Shown here: positions 12,358 to 23,976 of the stretch, piece by piece
Layout: every line of letters begins with the position of its first letter
Position numbering within the stretch: position 1 is the stretch's first letter
Origin: Sphacelaria rigidula
Taxonomy: Eukaryota
DNA: 32,681 nucleotides
NCBI GenBank assembly: GCA_964200075.2
Contig: CAXNAA020000037.1
Coordinates: 1-32,681, forward strand
Direction of reading: 5' to 3'
Notes under the pieces: generated by a model
What the model was told of the DNA's origin: nothing
Databases searched by the model: none
The model's input: the letters and a program-made list of their open reading frames with translations, nothing else
Program-made: the position numbers and the translations under genes

Positions 12358-12492
12358 TGCATCAGTGTCTCGTGATGTTCACAAGGGCGGTGAATGTGGT
12401 GTGGTAACTCGCGGGTGTGTGCTTCTCGAGTGCTACAGCAACAAGCAGCAGCAGTACCCTGGTGGAGCAACAGGGGCACAACAACAACAAGA
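12298..12492. repeat. (CTG)n, (CAG)n and (CAA)n microsatellite cluster
   Basis: ctgctgctg runs at ~12298-12310 and ~12332-12357; cagcag and caacaa runs at ~12436-12490. Confidence 0.85.
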
Positions 12493-13567
12493 CGAGCAGC
12501 GGCTTCTATCCCCCTGTTGTTGTGCTCCTGTGTGCACATGTCAAGCAAAATTAGTCACAGGCTTGATGTAGAAATCTACTATTATTACAGTATATTTTAT
12601 ATGAGCCAGGTCGCCATTTTGAGGTGACGCGTGTACTTGTAATTAATACTAGCTGACTCGTCAATGCTTAATTTCTTCTGTAGAAAGGGATCGATGCACA
12701 CTTTCCCGGAATATAGCGTCCAACAACGGGCCTAATTCACCTCCACAACAGTACAGGTCAGTGTCCACCTAGTGGTGCCGTACGTACTACAAAGCAAACT
12801 GCACTAAACTACAGGACAAATAAGGGCAGTACAGCGAAAACTGTTACCGTATGATACCGTGAGAGCAGTACCGCACTCGAGTTTTCATCAGCGATGTGTT
12901 TCGGTTTTTTCATCTCGACTACGTACGTGCTCTCTCCCTCTCGATCGCGGCTCACGGCTCGGTGACAACTTTGAACGCAGTCAATCCACCGATCAAAACG
13001 CGAGTGCAAACGCGGGTCAGCAACAACACGACGACTGAAGTCGACGGGACTACGTACCCATAGCCAATCACTCGACCAATAGACCAAACAACTCATCGAT
13101 TGATCAGCCCATGAATCAACCAACGAGTACATTTCGCATCGAGACTTACCGTTGGTGTCTGCGTGTGCGAGCTGTTCAGCCCTCCCCTCCCGAAGTTTCC
13201 TGACACCAACAGGTCATTTCACAAGATCCACCATGTACCCTCCTACCCGCTCCTCTGGATTCGAACATCTCTTCGACTTTGCCTGCACGAGCATTCATAT
13301 CTTCACATTTACAGGTCATTCAATGACAACACGAGGGCAAGTGACTAGCTCTAGATCTAAACAAAAGCAACATGCTAAACAACTGACTACTGTCTGACAC
13401 GAAAAATTACTACAGGCAGCAAGAACTCATCGTCCCATTTTTGGGGCTTCGAATCTCTTCCAAAAATACCGTCACCACTGTCATCTTCCATTACCGTCAC
13501 CTATCTACGCCCTTGAGAACGTAGCAGGAAGGAAAATGATTGAAAGCAAAAGCACGAGGGTGGCCAG

Positions 13568-13922
13568 TGTAGGGTGCCGTACCTCAGGCACTCGGGACTT
13601 TTCTCGGTGTAGTTACACTGCCGATTATTCCACGATACCTGGGGTGTATCAACTGAACGTTCTCCTCCTCAATCGTTCTCCAAAACCCCACGGAAAAGGG
13701 CACAACTGATCAGTGGGCGAACCAAGACAGTCCACGTGAATCACCCAACGTAAGACGTCACCCTTGAGAGAAGACAATATGGTGGGTGAATCAAAACAGA
13801 GTAAATTAGTCTCACCTCCTGAGACCCGCGGGATATCCTGTCGTTCTCGGCTTTGGTCTCTCTCTCCTCCTCTCATGCTCTTGCTCCACCTCTCCATCGC
13901 ACACACCGGTCAGCTCCCTACA
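13568..13922 (-). mobile_element. LTR of a truncated LTR retrotransposon
   Basis: 355 bp with perfect 7-bp inverted termini TGTAGGG...CCCTACA. On the minus strand it is followed after 1 nt by PBS-like TGGCCACCCTCGTG. Confidence 0.65.
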
Positions 13923-14142
13923 AAGAAAACGAAAATGTTCCACCACAACGGCGGGGACGGCACGAGCGCACAAGAAGAGAGGGAAGGAAGAAAATACGAG
14001 ACAGGATCAGAGAGTGAGACGTGTGTGACTTCGTCTCCGAGGACGAAAGAGAAAAACACAGAGACCTATAGGCCTGTTATCTCAGTGCTTGACAAAGAAA
14101 AAGACGAAGAAAGAATATCAAATCAATATATATATATATATA

Positions 14143-14400
14143 TGTAACGCAACTGAAGGGGGGAGCGAAGGATGTTCTGGGCGGTGTGACATTTCCAATT
14201 CCATCGACCAGGGCTTTTCTTCTCACTGAGAACCTCGAGCCCCACGACTCTGAATGACGCAACAGATAGCTGGCCCAAGAATGTACCCAACGATGATTCA
14301 GGTGAAGTAATATAGCAAGATGCTGGAGCATACCGCGGGTCAGAGCAATCCAGTTATCATACGTCCCAAGACACCCCCGCCCCCCACCAGTTGCATCGTC
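14143..14400. mobile_element. Solo-LTR-like element next to a (TA)n tract
   Basis: Starts TGTAACGCAACTGaaGGGGGG and ends CCCCCacCAGTTGCatcgtc: inverted GCAACTG/CAGTTGC ends with a decayed right terminus. Confidence 0.45.
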
Positions 14401-14859
14401 TCAGACTGGGATATACGTCCACCATCTCAACGTTTACATCAAATTTAGAAGGAAAAGAAGAGATGTTGTTGAACATGTCAAGTACGTGAAAAGAGAGAGG
14501 GGAAAAAAAGCAAATTCATGACATATGACAGCGGATCGCAACGATTCGAATATACCGGCGATACTGTGTCTTCCTAGAACACTTCCTAGGATGATCGGTA
14601 CCGCTCATGTGCTGGATAAGTCGGCGAGAGAAACGTGCTGTTTCGCCATGTTCTCTTCGGTGTGCCAGGAGCGAAGGCGTGACGTGCTCGCCACGGCATC
14701 CACCGTCAGCGATCATCAGAGACTGACCTTTGTATATATCTTGCACGACCTACGTGTGCAAACCGCCGACAACGCACCTCCCTTACTGTACCACACCTTG
14801 GCGTGCCCTACCTATAAGATATAATACGCTGCAACACCAGGCACAATGCAAAAACGCAC

Positions 14860-15167
14860 CTCCTCTTTCTCCTCTTTCTCCTCCTCCTCCTCCTCCTTCT
14901 CAACAGCGAGCTCCTTCCTGACCTCGCTCCGCGTGGCCAGCTCTGAGCGCACAAGACTCTCGTGATCTCTGCGAAGGGTGACCTCACCTCGCTCCACGTG
15001 GCCAGCTTTAAGCGCCAGAGGCTCTCGCGATCTCTGCGAAGGGTACGGGCGGCGGCTGTCCGACGCGCGACCTCATTCCCGCACCGCTCGCGATCCCTTT
15101 GCCCAGTCATCACCCGCCGTCTCCAACACTGGATGATCACGCCAGAGTACGCTTCGTCTGAGTTGTT
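14860..15167 (-). CDS. Exon-like segment with IQ-like motif and poly-Glu, frame broken by a 65-bp duplication
   Basis: NNSDEAYSGVIIQCWRRRVMTGQRDRERCG...TLRRDRESLWRLKLATWSE in one frame. TLRRDHESLVRSELATRSEVRKELAVEKEEEEEEKEEKEE|gtgcg follows in another frame. Confidence 0.35.
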
Positions 15168-16160
15168 CTTGTGCAACAGTGGTGTGCAAAACAAAACGAT
15201 GAACGCGTTGATATAACTTCGATTTCGTCTTCTGTTCACGCTACTACTGTACCACCACCATCACCCTCAAGGCGTGCGGGTGACAAGCCTCGCGGCTCAT
15301 GCATGTGGGTTGCTGGGACGGGGTTGGACGGAGCTGTGTGTCGGTTCGTTCTCGTGTGTGTGGAGGTAGAGGTGGACACGAGTGACAAAGTGACGAGGGG
15401 TGCAGTACTGGACCGCTGTGCTGCGCACCTCATCGGAGTATGGCAACACTCCAGAAACGGAATGGACGATGACTTGATGGCGCGAGGTGACGCAACGTCC
15501 GTTTCAATACAGCAATACCGTAGACATGCGAAGGGGACGATATCCTGCCGCATGTGTGTGGGCGTGGGTAGGGCAGGGATCTATCCTGGTACTCCCGGCG
15601 ATACACATATAGTATATATATAGAATATTTCGAACTCACGAGCGTGCAGCATACTTTGTAACTAGGCGTCCACGACATGTAGTGCTGATCTTAGTGTGCA
15701 AGTTCCTCTGCACCCGCGCCGTGAGATGACTGTTCGGGAAAATGCCAATGTTAGGGGTCCGGTTAGCAGATTCGTACTTTACTTTGTGCGGGGGTTCACA
15801 TGCGTTCGCGATCGTCCGAACGGGCGAGCGATTGCGGTGATCCTGCAATGTTTCCGGCGGGCATGAACATTTCGAGAGAGGATCTATTCTCACGACGGCT
15901 TGGGAAGGCAAGAATACCGAGACCCTCGAAAAAGACGGACGGGACCGGGGGGCAGCTCCGGGTCCCGTACGGCTTGTACATACATATATTATTTCTGATC
16001 AGCCAAGCTTGTATTAGACTTATGCCGCAGATAACACCGTTTATATCATCCCCTTGCTTCTCCTCACAAGCGAAAAAAGGATCCAACACAACCCACCCAT
16101 AAGCTATACTTCTCCGGATATTAAGCCACGAGTAGGCAGTCACGGCCAACTCCCACAGTC

Positions 16161-16212
16161 TAAAATCAATTCAAACCCTCCATGTGTAAAATCAATTCAA
16201 ACCCTCCATGTG
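16161..16212. repeat. Perfect 26-bp tandem duplication
   Basis: taaaatcaattcaaaccctccatgtg x2. Confidence 0.95.
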
Positions 16213-17328
16213 AAGCAGTTGGTGAAATGGCCGATGCGTTTTCGGTGCATGCTCAAGTAACGTCAAAAGGTGTGGGAACCGTGTCGAGGTTGACCACCAC
16301 TCAGCAAGGTAACGTATCAAGGGTCAATTCGTTCACGAACCCCTCTCAAAAAGCGAACACTTCTTCAAATTTCTTCAACCGACAGCTATTCCGCAGAACG
16401 TAACGTGACTTACTGTATTGTAGCGGACGGTTCCTGGTGGATCTCCTCGGAACGTCGTTCCTCGGAACACTTTGTTACAGTAGACTTTCCGTCAAAAGCA
16501 TTGACTGATTTCATTCATTGACGACTAACTTTACAATAGAACGCAGGTAAAACCGAGAACTCGTACTTTGGGAGACGAACATTCGCGTAAAGCAGCCTAG
16601 CGTAGCCTAGCCTAGCGCAGCGCAGCATAGTGTAGCGCAGGGCAGCTCAGCGTACCTGGTGGCAAACGTAGACGATACTCCCTGCAACACGTCGTAGAAA
16701 CACCCATGTCCGCCGTCACTCCTACCGCCACCGACCCCGCCATTCGAGATCATTGCTAACGAAACTCCCATGCCGACAGGCTTCGGCGATTCACCGGGTA
16801 GCCGCAACGTCGACACGGGTGCGGAAGGGGTGAGCGGCGGGGGCTAAGCTAGTCCTCCGATTTGTCGGTGATGGTGGTTCACGTAAAGTTGGCGACTTAC
16901 CATCTTCAGCTGCGATCGACGGGCATTTTGAACAGAGCACGAATAGGCACATGGAACGGCAGCACGCACAAAAGGCGGAACAAACATGAAAGTAAAGTAG
17001 ACAAAAAAAACGCAGTGAGCAGGGAACAACACAACCACACATACAAAAATACACGGCTGATCGAACCGAATCACGGCCACGTTACACGGTTGACAGTGAC
17101 AACAGCAGCAGCGATAGAACAAATATAAAATATCAAAGCAGAACAAAGAAATCAAAGGGAAAGGGGGCGGAAGATGGCTCCGTGTGTGGAGGTTGCATTT
17201 TCCGTCATCTTTGTTTCCCGTCATGAGTCATGCGTTCAACCCCCACCCTCTCGCCCATCTCCGTCCAGACCAGCCCGTCGCCTCGAGGACCAACCAAGCG
17301 GTACCGCCTTACGAATAAGTTAAGAGCA

Positions 17329-17430
17329 TTAAATCATGACTGTCACCACTCCCGCAGCCCGTCGACTGTCATCGAGTCTTTCTTCTTCCGCCGACTCTAC
17401 CTCTCTCGTAGCCCCCTCCGGCGCAGCCGC
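17329..17430 (-). CDS. Possible downstream exon of gene B
   Basis: Acceptor tttactattccaag|, phase 0. Encodes AAAPEGATREVESAEEERLDDSRRAAGVVTVMI, then TAA; it may instead splice at GTG|gtgaca before the stop. Confidence 0.4.
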   Translation of the reverse strand, partial: AAAPEGATREVESAEEERLDDSRRAAGVVTVMI

Positions 17431-17521
17431 CTTGGAATAGTAAAAATTATATCAGTGCTGAAGTACTGATGTTATCAACCATCGCACACGTTATATGGTG
17501 AATTAAACGCGGCGCGCTCAC

Positions 17522-17739
17522 CTCGCGCCAAAGCCTCCTGCTCCGTATAGGGGACAAACCCCTGGCCGACAACACAGCAGCCGTCGCCGCCGGACGGGCC
17601 ACCACCCCCGCCCCCAAGGCTTGCTGCAGTCTCGTCGCGGCCGCTCTCTGTGTTTTCCGGGCGGGTTCTCCGTCACGCGCCTTTTCTGCCGGTCTCTCGC
17701 TCCGCCTGAGTGTTTGTTTGTTCGGGTCATCTTCTTGAA
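17522..17739 (-). CDS. Probable downstream exon of gene B (low complexity, charged)
   Basis: Acceptor cttccattttttgccctag|, donor GAG|gtgagc. Phase 1 in, phase 0 out. Encodes (V)QEDDPNKQTLRRSERPAEKARDGEPARKTQRAAATRLQQALGAG...RRLWRE. Confidence 0.55.
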
Positions 17740-18387
17740 CTAGGGCAAAAAATGGAAGTGTATCTGCTTCAGTGGATATCGCAACATGAAAAGACACAGC
17801 AGTACGATTCACACTTCCCCTGATCCACCGTGTACGGCTGAGATAGTAATGGGAGAATACAATGTGATGGCAGACTGCGTGCGCGGCGAGTTTCGGGATA
17901 CTTTCTGCACACGTACATACGCTGGGAACGACCCAAAAGTGTCAGAACCATGCTTGCATGTGAGTAGGCAACACGATCGCGATTTGCTTCTCTTCTGCCC
18001 AGGGATGAGGTCCCAACGCGAAAAAGGGGCTTTTGACTGTCGGAGAAAAGAGAGGCCCTAATTCGCAGCGACCCGCGTATAATAATACCAACCCGTGGTG
18101 ATGCAAACAGCTCCGGGAAGGATAGCTCTGACAAAAAAAGGTACTGCATGGCGAATCGATCGAATCGTACATAATCTTCTTGCTACCGACAGTACGGATG
18201 TCAATCAGACCCCCAAAACGTGATTGATATGACGCTCGGTGTTGATTGATCGGTGTAATCGATGTCGCCCATTAAACTGGTCCGCGACGAATCCGGACGT
18301 TGTCACAAAGTCTTGTACAACTACCAGCCCCGAGATAAGTAGCCGACAGCCCCCCCCCCGGAATGGTTTCAGTCAAGCAGGCCGTAC

Positions 18388-18479
18388 CAAAAACCACTGT
18401 CTGGGAAGTCTCGACCGGTTCGTCCGCTGCGCTTTCCGGGAGTTGGAGCCTGAACTCTTGATGGCTGTTATCAGGGGAT
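18388..18479 (-). CDS. Probable downstream exon of gene B
   Basis: Strong acceptor ctctctttctctttctctag|, donor G|gtacgg. Phase 2 in, phase 1 out. Encodes (R)SPDNSHQEFRLQLPESAADEPVETSQTVVF; no recognised homology. Confidence 0.5.
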
Positions 18480-19519
18480 CTAGAGAAAGAGAAAGAGAGT
18501 TTCTACTCAGAAGCTTTGAGGATAATGACCTTGCTGTGACGATGAAATCTGAAGGTCCGGCTTGACATATTTCCAACATGCAACTGCTTGGTTGGATTCT
18601 ACATTAGTCACCTCAGAATGGCTCGTGCGCATCCACAACGAAATTCTCAGCGTCTACCTACTTAAAACGGCAGTGAGCGAATCAAATTTGTTTTCTTTCC
18701 GGATAACTTCTAATACTACGCCGACGGCTACGTATTGCTGTGGCCAAGTATTGCCTTTTTTATGAAAGGCCCTCACGGTGTCCATCATGGAGGCAACGCG
18801 CCCGCAAAGTTCAAGAGTCATCGGACCAGTATTGGGCATGTATGCGGCTACAGTAGCTTCTTGCACCAAGCCGTTCTCCGCAAATGCTCACAGACTCAAC
18901 CTAGGCGAAAGCGTTGTAGAACAAAGAGAGTGTTCTTGAAACGGCGAGCTAGTCGCGTCAGTATTTCCTTGATTGTCTTGCGCTGTGTTGAGGTACACGT
19001 GAAATACCTTTAGGCACACTTGAGTGCACTATAGCTGTAGCTGAGTGGCATGCGTTGTTGGCGCCAGCTGTAAGGCATGCACTGGTGTCTGTTTCCTGTG
19101 TATATATCGGGGACAGAATACGGAGATGCCAACCCGCGCTGTTACTGCTGCAGTCGATTTTTCCTTCCGCGCAGGTGGCACCAGGTCAGACAAACTCACT
19201 GACGGCCTGGACCTTTGGGACGCCAGGCCTCCGTTCGGTGCAATATCACTGGCTGACGTTCAGCGCCGGTAACCGTGACGTTGCAGCTGAGCAGCAGCAA
19301 CTGCTCTCCGCTTGAGACCACCGTCCCCACTGACAAAACATACCGTACACTTCCAAGTGATATTAGTACTTTATAATGACCAACCTCTGAATCATGTAAC
19401 TATTTAGTCCATCAAGCAGAGCTGCAGTTTTCCATCTCCTTCTAGCGGTCCAAATAGTATCTACAATATCTATATGTGTAGCGCTCGAGGAGTCGAAAAC
19501 ATTTGCACTTTTGCTATAC

Positions 19520-19626
19520 CTGAGGTGGTGCTTGAACCAGCGCAGAAGAACTTCTTCAGCAAGAGCCGCCGAGAACTCCGCCGTCGATTTGTCATAGTCC
19601 GTGTCGTAGATCAGGTTCGGGCGTCG
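19520..19626 (-). CDS. Exon of gene B, linker and start of CH2
   Basis: Acceptor ttgtgtcag|, phase 0; donor AG|gtatag. RRPNLIYDTDYDKSTAEFSAALAEEVLLRWFKHHL matches the fimbrin PEE.LLRW.N.HL pattern. Confidence 0.88.
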
Positions 19627-19761
19627 CTGACACAATACACACACAGAACAAGGGAAACAACCGGGTAAAGAAAAACATTGGGTATGGTGCTGTAGTAGAC
19701 TCGTTCCCCTTTCCTTGCGCTTACTCCTACTTTCGTAGCAACAATAGCAATCATTAGTTTT

Positions 19762-21190
19762 ACTTCCGTTTCAAACCCCAACAGCGCAGGAACCACATAT
19801 ATAAACCATCTGCTTGTCGCACAAGCCATGCAGTGCTGTGACTTCATCAAGCCCACTGCCCTTGCGCCTGCGAGACAGTGATTCAGACCCTAGTTCGTTC
19901 GACACCTAGTACCTGCCACCTTTCCTCCAAAGGTATTAACCTTTCAGTTTGCGGATCAACAACACGATATTGCTGAAGACACTATTATCGTAAAAGGGGA
20001 ACCACCTCGTACTCTATCCCGAACGTACACTTCTCTTTTTCGCGCAAACCTAAACGAAAACATCAACACCCTTCATCTCGTCTCCTTCCCATCACAACTC
20101 CCACTCCATCGAGGACTTTACCCAGCCCGTCTACGCCCTGAAGAACGTTAACCCTAACAAAGGAGTACCCACTGAGGTATTGTCCGAGGTTGGAGTGGGT
20201 GCCTTGGCTGCTGGTGAGGCAAACGTGAAGGCCGGCTACATCATGGTGTCTAGGCACGACGGCATAGCGGGAGCGGCAGTTAGACTTGTCTGTCTTTCCT
20301 TAGAATGTGGGGGTGCTGTGCTTTTGATTCTCGCCCAGTGTTCGTTGATTTTCCGTTTAGGTCTGCGCGAAGAATTGGCAACCGGTTGTACGATAGTTGA
20401 GCGTATGAGCAGCAGCTCCATGCTACTTCGGCTGTATTTCGGAAAAGTACACAAGTGATCTAGGTGACGGGCTTGGGAGTCATCCGTGAGAGGTCCGAGC
20501 TCAAGAAGAAACACGTATCAGGTACGCGAGTCCTAGATGTGCTAACGTGGGAGCATTTCTCGTGCCCACAACGGTCGTGTACAGTACAGCATTTTGAGTT
20601 CATGCGTCTTCAAGGCACCCATCCATGCCACAAGAACATCGGGGGAATACTGCACACATGTCGCAGCTGATCGAAGAGATCATATACACTCCAACGCATT
20701 CCACTCAAAAACACGGAAACATGGGCATCATAAAAAACTATCCAAAGGCGAACGCCCCTGACCTCAGAGCCGGGCAGCTTGTCACCCCCTCCCGGCTTGG
20801 CGCCCTCTGCGATCTTAGTCCGGATCTGGTCCGAATTTGTCAGGCAGTTCGGGGTCACACCGTACCGTCCGGAGGTCGCCTGAAAAGTGATATTCATGGA
20901 CGGGGGAAACATTATAGAGCATGGAGGTGTATGAAGACATTCACAGCACATTGCGAAATTCAAGTAGTGGGTGGCACGGAAAACAAGCAAGAAGAGAGTA
21001 TTGTCTGTACTTCCTGTTCCAGACCCCCAAATAATGTTCCAATCTTACGTGTGGACCATCCACTTCTCGCACACACAAGCCATGTAGTGCGATGACTTCA
21101 CCCACTCCATGCCCGCATCTAACCGCATGACAGTGATTTAGATCTTCCTTCGTTGCACTACTCCCGTACCTGTCCCCCTATCCTCTAACG
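19762..21190 (+). repeat. Pair of diverged ~170-bp direct repeats (~19762-19930 and ~21009-21190)
   Basis: cacaagccatgcagtgctgtgacttca...gacagtgattcaga...gtacctg versus cacaagccatgtagtgcgatgacttca...gacagtgatttaga...gtacctg. Confidence 0.7.
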
Positions 21191-22335
21191 GGGGCAATCT
21201 TTTCATCTGCTAATGGAATACACGAAATGGCCTCAAACACCAGTTGCTCAAACATGAAATTTCCCCACAGTTTTGAGCTGACGACTGCAGCATGCTCAAG
21301 CATTGAACATAAATCGGTTTCTGGGTGAGACTTGACCACGCTATTCGGCTCATCATATGCCAAACTACAGGTAAATACGAGTAAATACGAGTATTGTATG
21401 GACTCTTCACGAATGAATACATGATTTCGGGCCGAAAACAACATGGAAAATTGTGCTTCTTGATGGTCCTTGCAAAACGAAGAAATGCCATCTCAGAACG
21501 ATTTGGGATATTCGCACACAAGGGTCAGCGGCGACCGAACCAGGCAGGAGGTTAATTCTATCGTGTGAGGAGGGCATACTCGTTGGCATGCCCATACCTG
21601 CTCTGAGGAGTGCCTTCGCCCTACGTGGATCAAAGTGCTGAATATGCGTGGGTATTACACCGCCTTCCTGCTGAGGAAAACCGCGTGCTATCATCCTCCA
21701 ACCAGAATTCCAAGCGTTGACAACTGCGCTGTTGAGCTGTACACTGCACTTCATACACACGCACACCACCACGCCGTCATAGTCGCCGCTGACGCTTCGG
21801 GACTAACAGTCCGCGAGATCTTACGCATAGATTCCGGTGGAATAGTTTCGCCCACGACAATCCAGGCTGCATGTGTAGAATCGATTTGTCTGGAGCGCTG
21901 AAACCGCAGTGGTAGGACAACGTGGTGAGCAACAGCCTGGTTTTCTAGGCCCTCCCCGTGTTCTCTGAACATCTTTATATTCACTGGTTCAATTATAGCT
22001 ATACCTCCACAACTGCTTGATTATTGTTTGGATGCGGTATTACGTTCATCTTCGAAGTAAAAATGATGCAACCGTCTACGGTAAAACCCCTCGTTCAATA
22101 TTTTCGGAACATTTTTCAACACTCTTTTTAGAAACTTTGAAGAACCTGCGGAACGCACCAACAATCTCTTAAGTGCTGCTCGCGCGCAAGTCCCAGGTGA
22201 TGTGGATCATCAATTAGCCGTCACTGCCAACCATGTAACAGATAGCGAATGAACTGTTCCAGGTAGCGTAACAGATTGATTGGTGCTTGGGTTGGTGCTT
22301 CCGTTTGTTCGGGGGGCGGGTACACAGGATTTTAA

Positions 22336-22642
22336 TGTCGTAGTCATGAGATCATTGACTTCGCATCCCTAACGAGCTGGAACGGAGCACGCCGGGTTTT
22401 CGCCGGACCAGGCTCGGGGGCGGGAGGGGTACTCATTTGTTGCTTACCTTCGTCGTTTGACCATTGACATTGACCACACACCTTGGGCGGGGGGGGGGGG
22501 GGGGAATGCCGGTGATTTTCGCTCCCGTTGTGATAAGGGCATGGACCCCCCCAGGTTTTCGAGGCGCACAAGGGAAAAATGTATNNNNNNNNNNGGCGTT
22601 TGGGGTCGGGGGTGGGTGGGGGGGGGGGGGGGGGGGGTTGGT

Positions 22643-22674
<32 letters not shown>

Positions 22675-22722
22675 ATGCTCGTGATCTTGCATGCCGTAGT
22701 CATAAGAGCATTGACCTCGCCA
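22336..22722. repeat. Cluster of poly-G-bounded modules around an assembly gap
   Basis: Module copies at ~22336-22372, 22429-22480 and 22674-22720; long G runs; N gap at 22585-22594. Confidence 0.75.
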
Positions 22723-22891
22723 GGTTTTCGACGAGCACAAAGGAAGAATGTATCGAGTACGCAGAAGATACAGTACCCTCGAGGATGATAAATAAGCTGT
22801 TTTGTTTTCGTACCGTTCATGTGGGCAACAATATCGCCAACTTCTTGCGGCATACATGCTGCCATGTTCATTTTCAAGTGTCTACACGTAC

Positions 22892-23106
22892 CTGGATGTT
22901 CATCTGCGTCCGTTGGTGTGCCCGAAGCAGCTGCCACGACAGCCCCAGAATGCTGGCCGGTCTGCCATCGATTATATCCCAGGCTCCAATGTTGACAATG
23001 TGGAGTCCCGCCGCCTTGGCCGCCGCAAGCGCGGTGTTGAGATTCTCGGTAGCCTTGAACAGCCCGAGCGCCTCGGACCCCGATGGAACGTTGATCCTAG
23101 AACCAG
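22892..23106 (-). CDS. Exon of gene B, CH1 C-terminal half
   Basis: Acceptor gcatgcag|, phase 1; donor CAG|gtacgt. AGSRINVPSGSEALGLFKATENLNTALAAAKAAGLHIVNIGAWDIIDGRPASILGLSWQLLRAHQRTQMNIQ matches the fimbrin ENLN.AL.SA.AIG..VVNIG..D..EG.P.L.LGL.WQ pattern. Confidence 0.95.
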
Positions 23107-23289
23107 CTGCATGCGGTGAACGAAAACAGGAATAGAATGAAGAAAGAAAAATATGAGAGGCACACGAGGAGGAAAAAAAAAATGCAGGTAGGGAAAAATG
23201 TCAACACCATTCGTTTTATGCATACAGCTTGTTGGTTCCCTCCTTGACATCGGTTGCTGATCGTGCCCATGTATTGAATTGTCATGTTT

Positions 23290-23594
23290 GCAACGCGACC
23301 CCTGCCGCGGGACGACTCCGTGCTGTACTATCAAGGAACCACCCCATCTCTCCTCTCCTCAGCTACAGCGCCCCCCACTAAACCAACGATCGAATATACC
23401 ATCAGCACTTCCGTCTCCTGTCGACTTCCGTCCGTTCTCTGAATTGCTCACTCAAGTCCCCACACTGTCGCGCAACGAAAATCAACGAAAAGACTACTGA
23501 TGGTAGCGCTGTCGGGAATCGAACCCACTGGATCAGCGCAAGTCAGTGTCGACGTGTTGAGGTACCAGTTTGACTGCCTTTCAGGGCGAGGCGA
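23290..23594 (-). mobile_element. Probable tRNA-derived SINE, third family
   Basis: Minus-strand perfect B box GGGTTCGATTCCC (23526-23514) within a tRNA-like head that does not fold into a convincing cloverleaf. Extent of the body is approximate. Confidence 0.45.
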
Positions 23595-23976
23595 ACAACT
23601 ACGCCTTGACTTACAGTGCGTTGTTTAATGTACAGTAAATCATGCAGAATCAAATGATTTTTTCAACCTTGACTCTACATCACATGGGAGAGATCCCGTG
23701 CTGCCAAAAATATCCCGTATCTATCGAGGCATTACTCCACGACATACAGGATCCAGACTTCCTCCCGACATAATTCAGACTTCGCGCAGTTGGTCGCCGC
23801 AATTCACGAGAAACGCGACGCAGGAAGGAAAACACGTGTCAAAGTGGACAGGAGAAGTGGACAGGCGACAGGGGGAAGTGTACGCCGAGTAGCGATACAA
23901 GCACGGCCAAAGAGGGGCTTGAGACAAAATGCGACACAGATAGCGAGCTGGTACCTACGGTAGACACTTGGATCAC

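Noticed and set aside
11908..12627. Overlapping ORFs with poly-Ala, poly-Leu and poly-Gln
   Set aside because: Explained by CTG, CAG and CAA microsatellites.
20100..20260. Peptide VYALKNVNPNKGVPTEVLSEV resembling the CDK PSTAIRE region
   Set aside because: No glycine-rich loop, HRD or DFG motifs nearby; the resemblance is too short.
22500..22670. Apparent tandem duplication (22500-22584 versus 22670-22754) and Gly/Pro-rich ORFs
   Set aside because: The first copy is a noisy version of the second, follows a poly-G run and ends at an N gap. This is most likely low-quality sequence and a scaffolding artefact.
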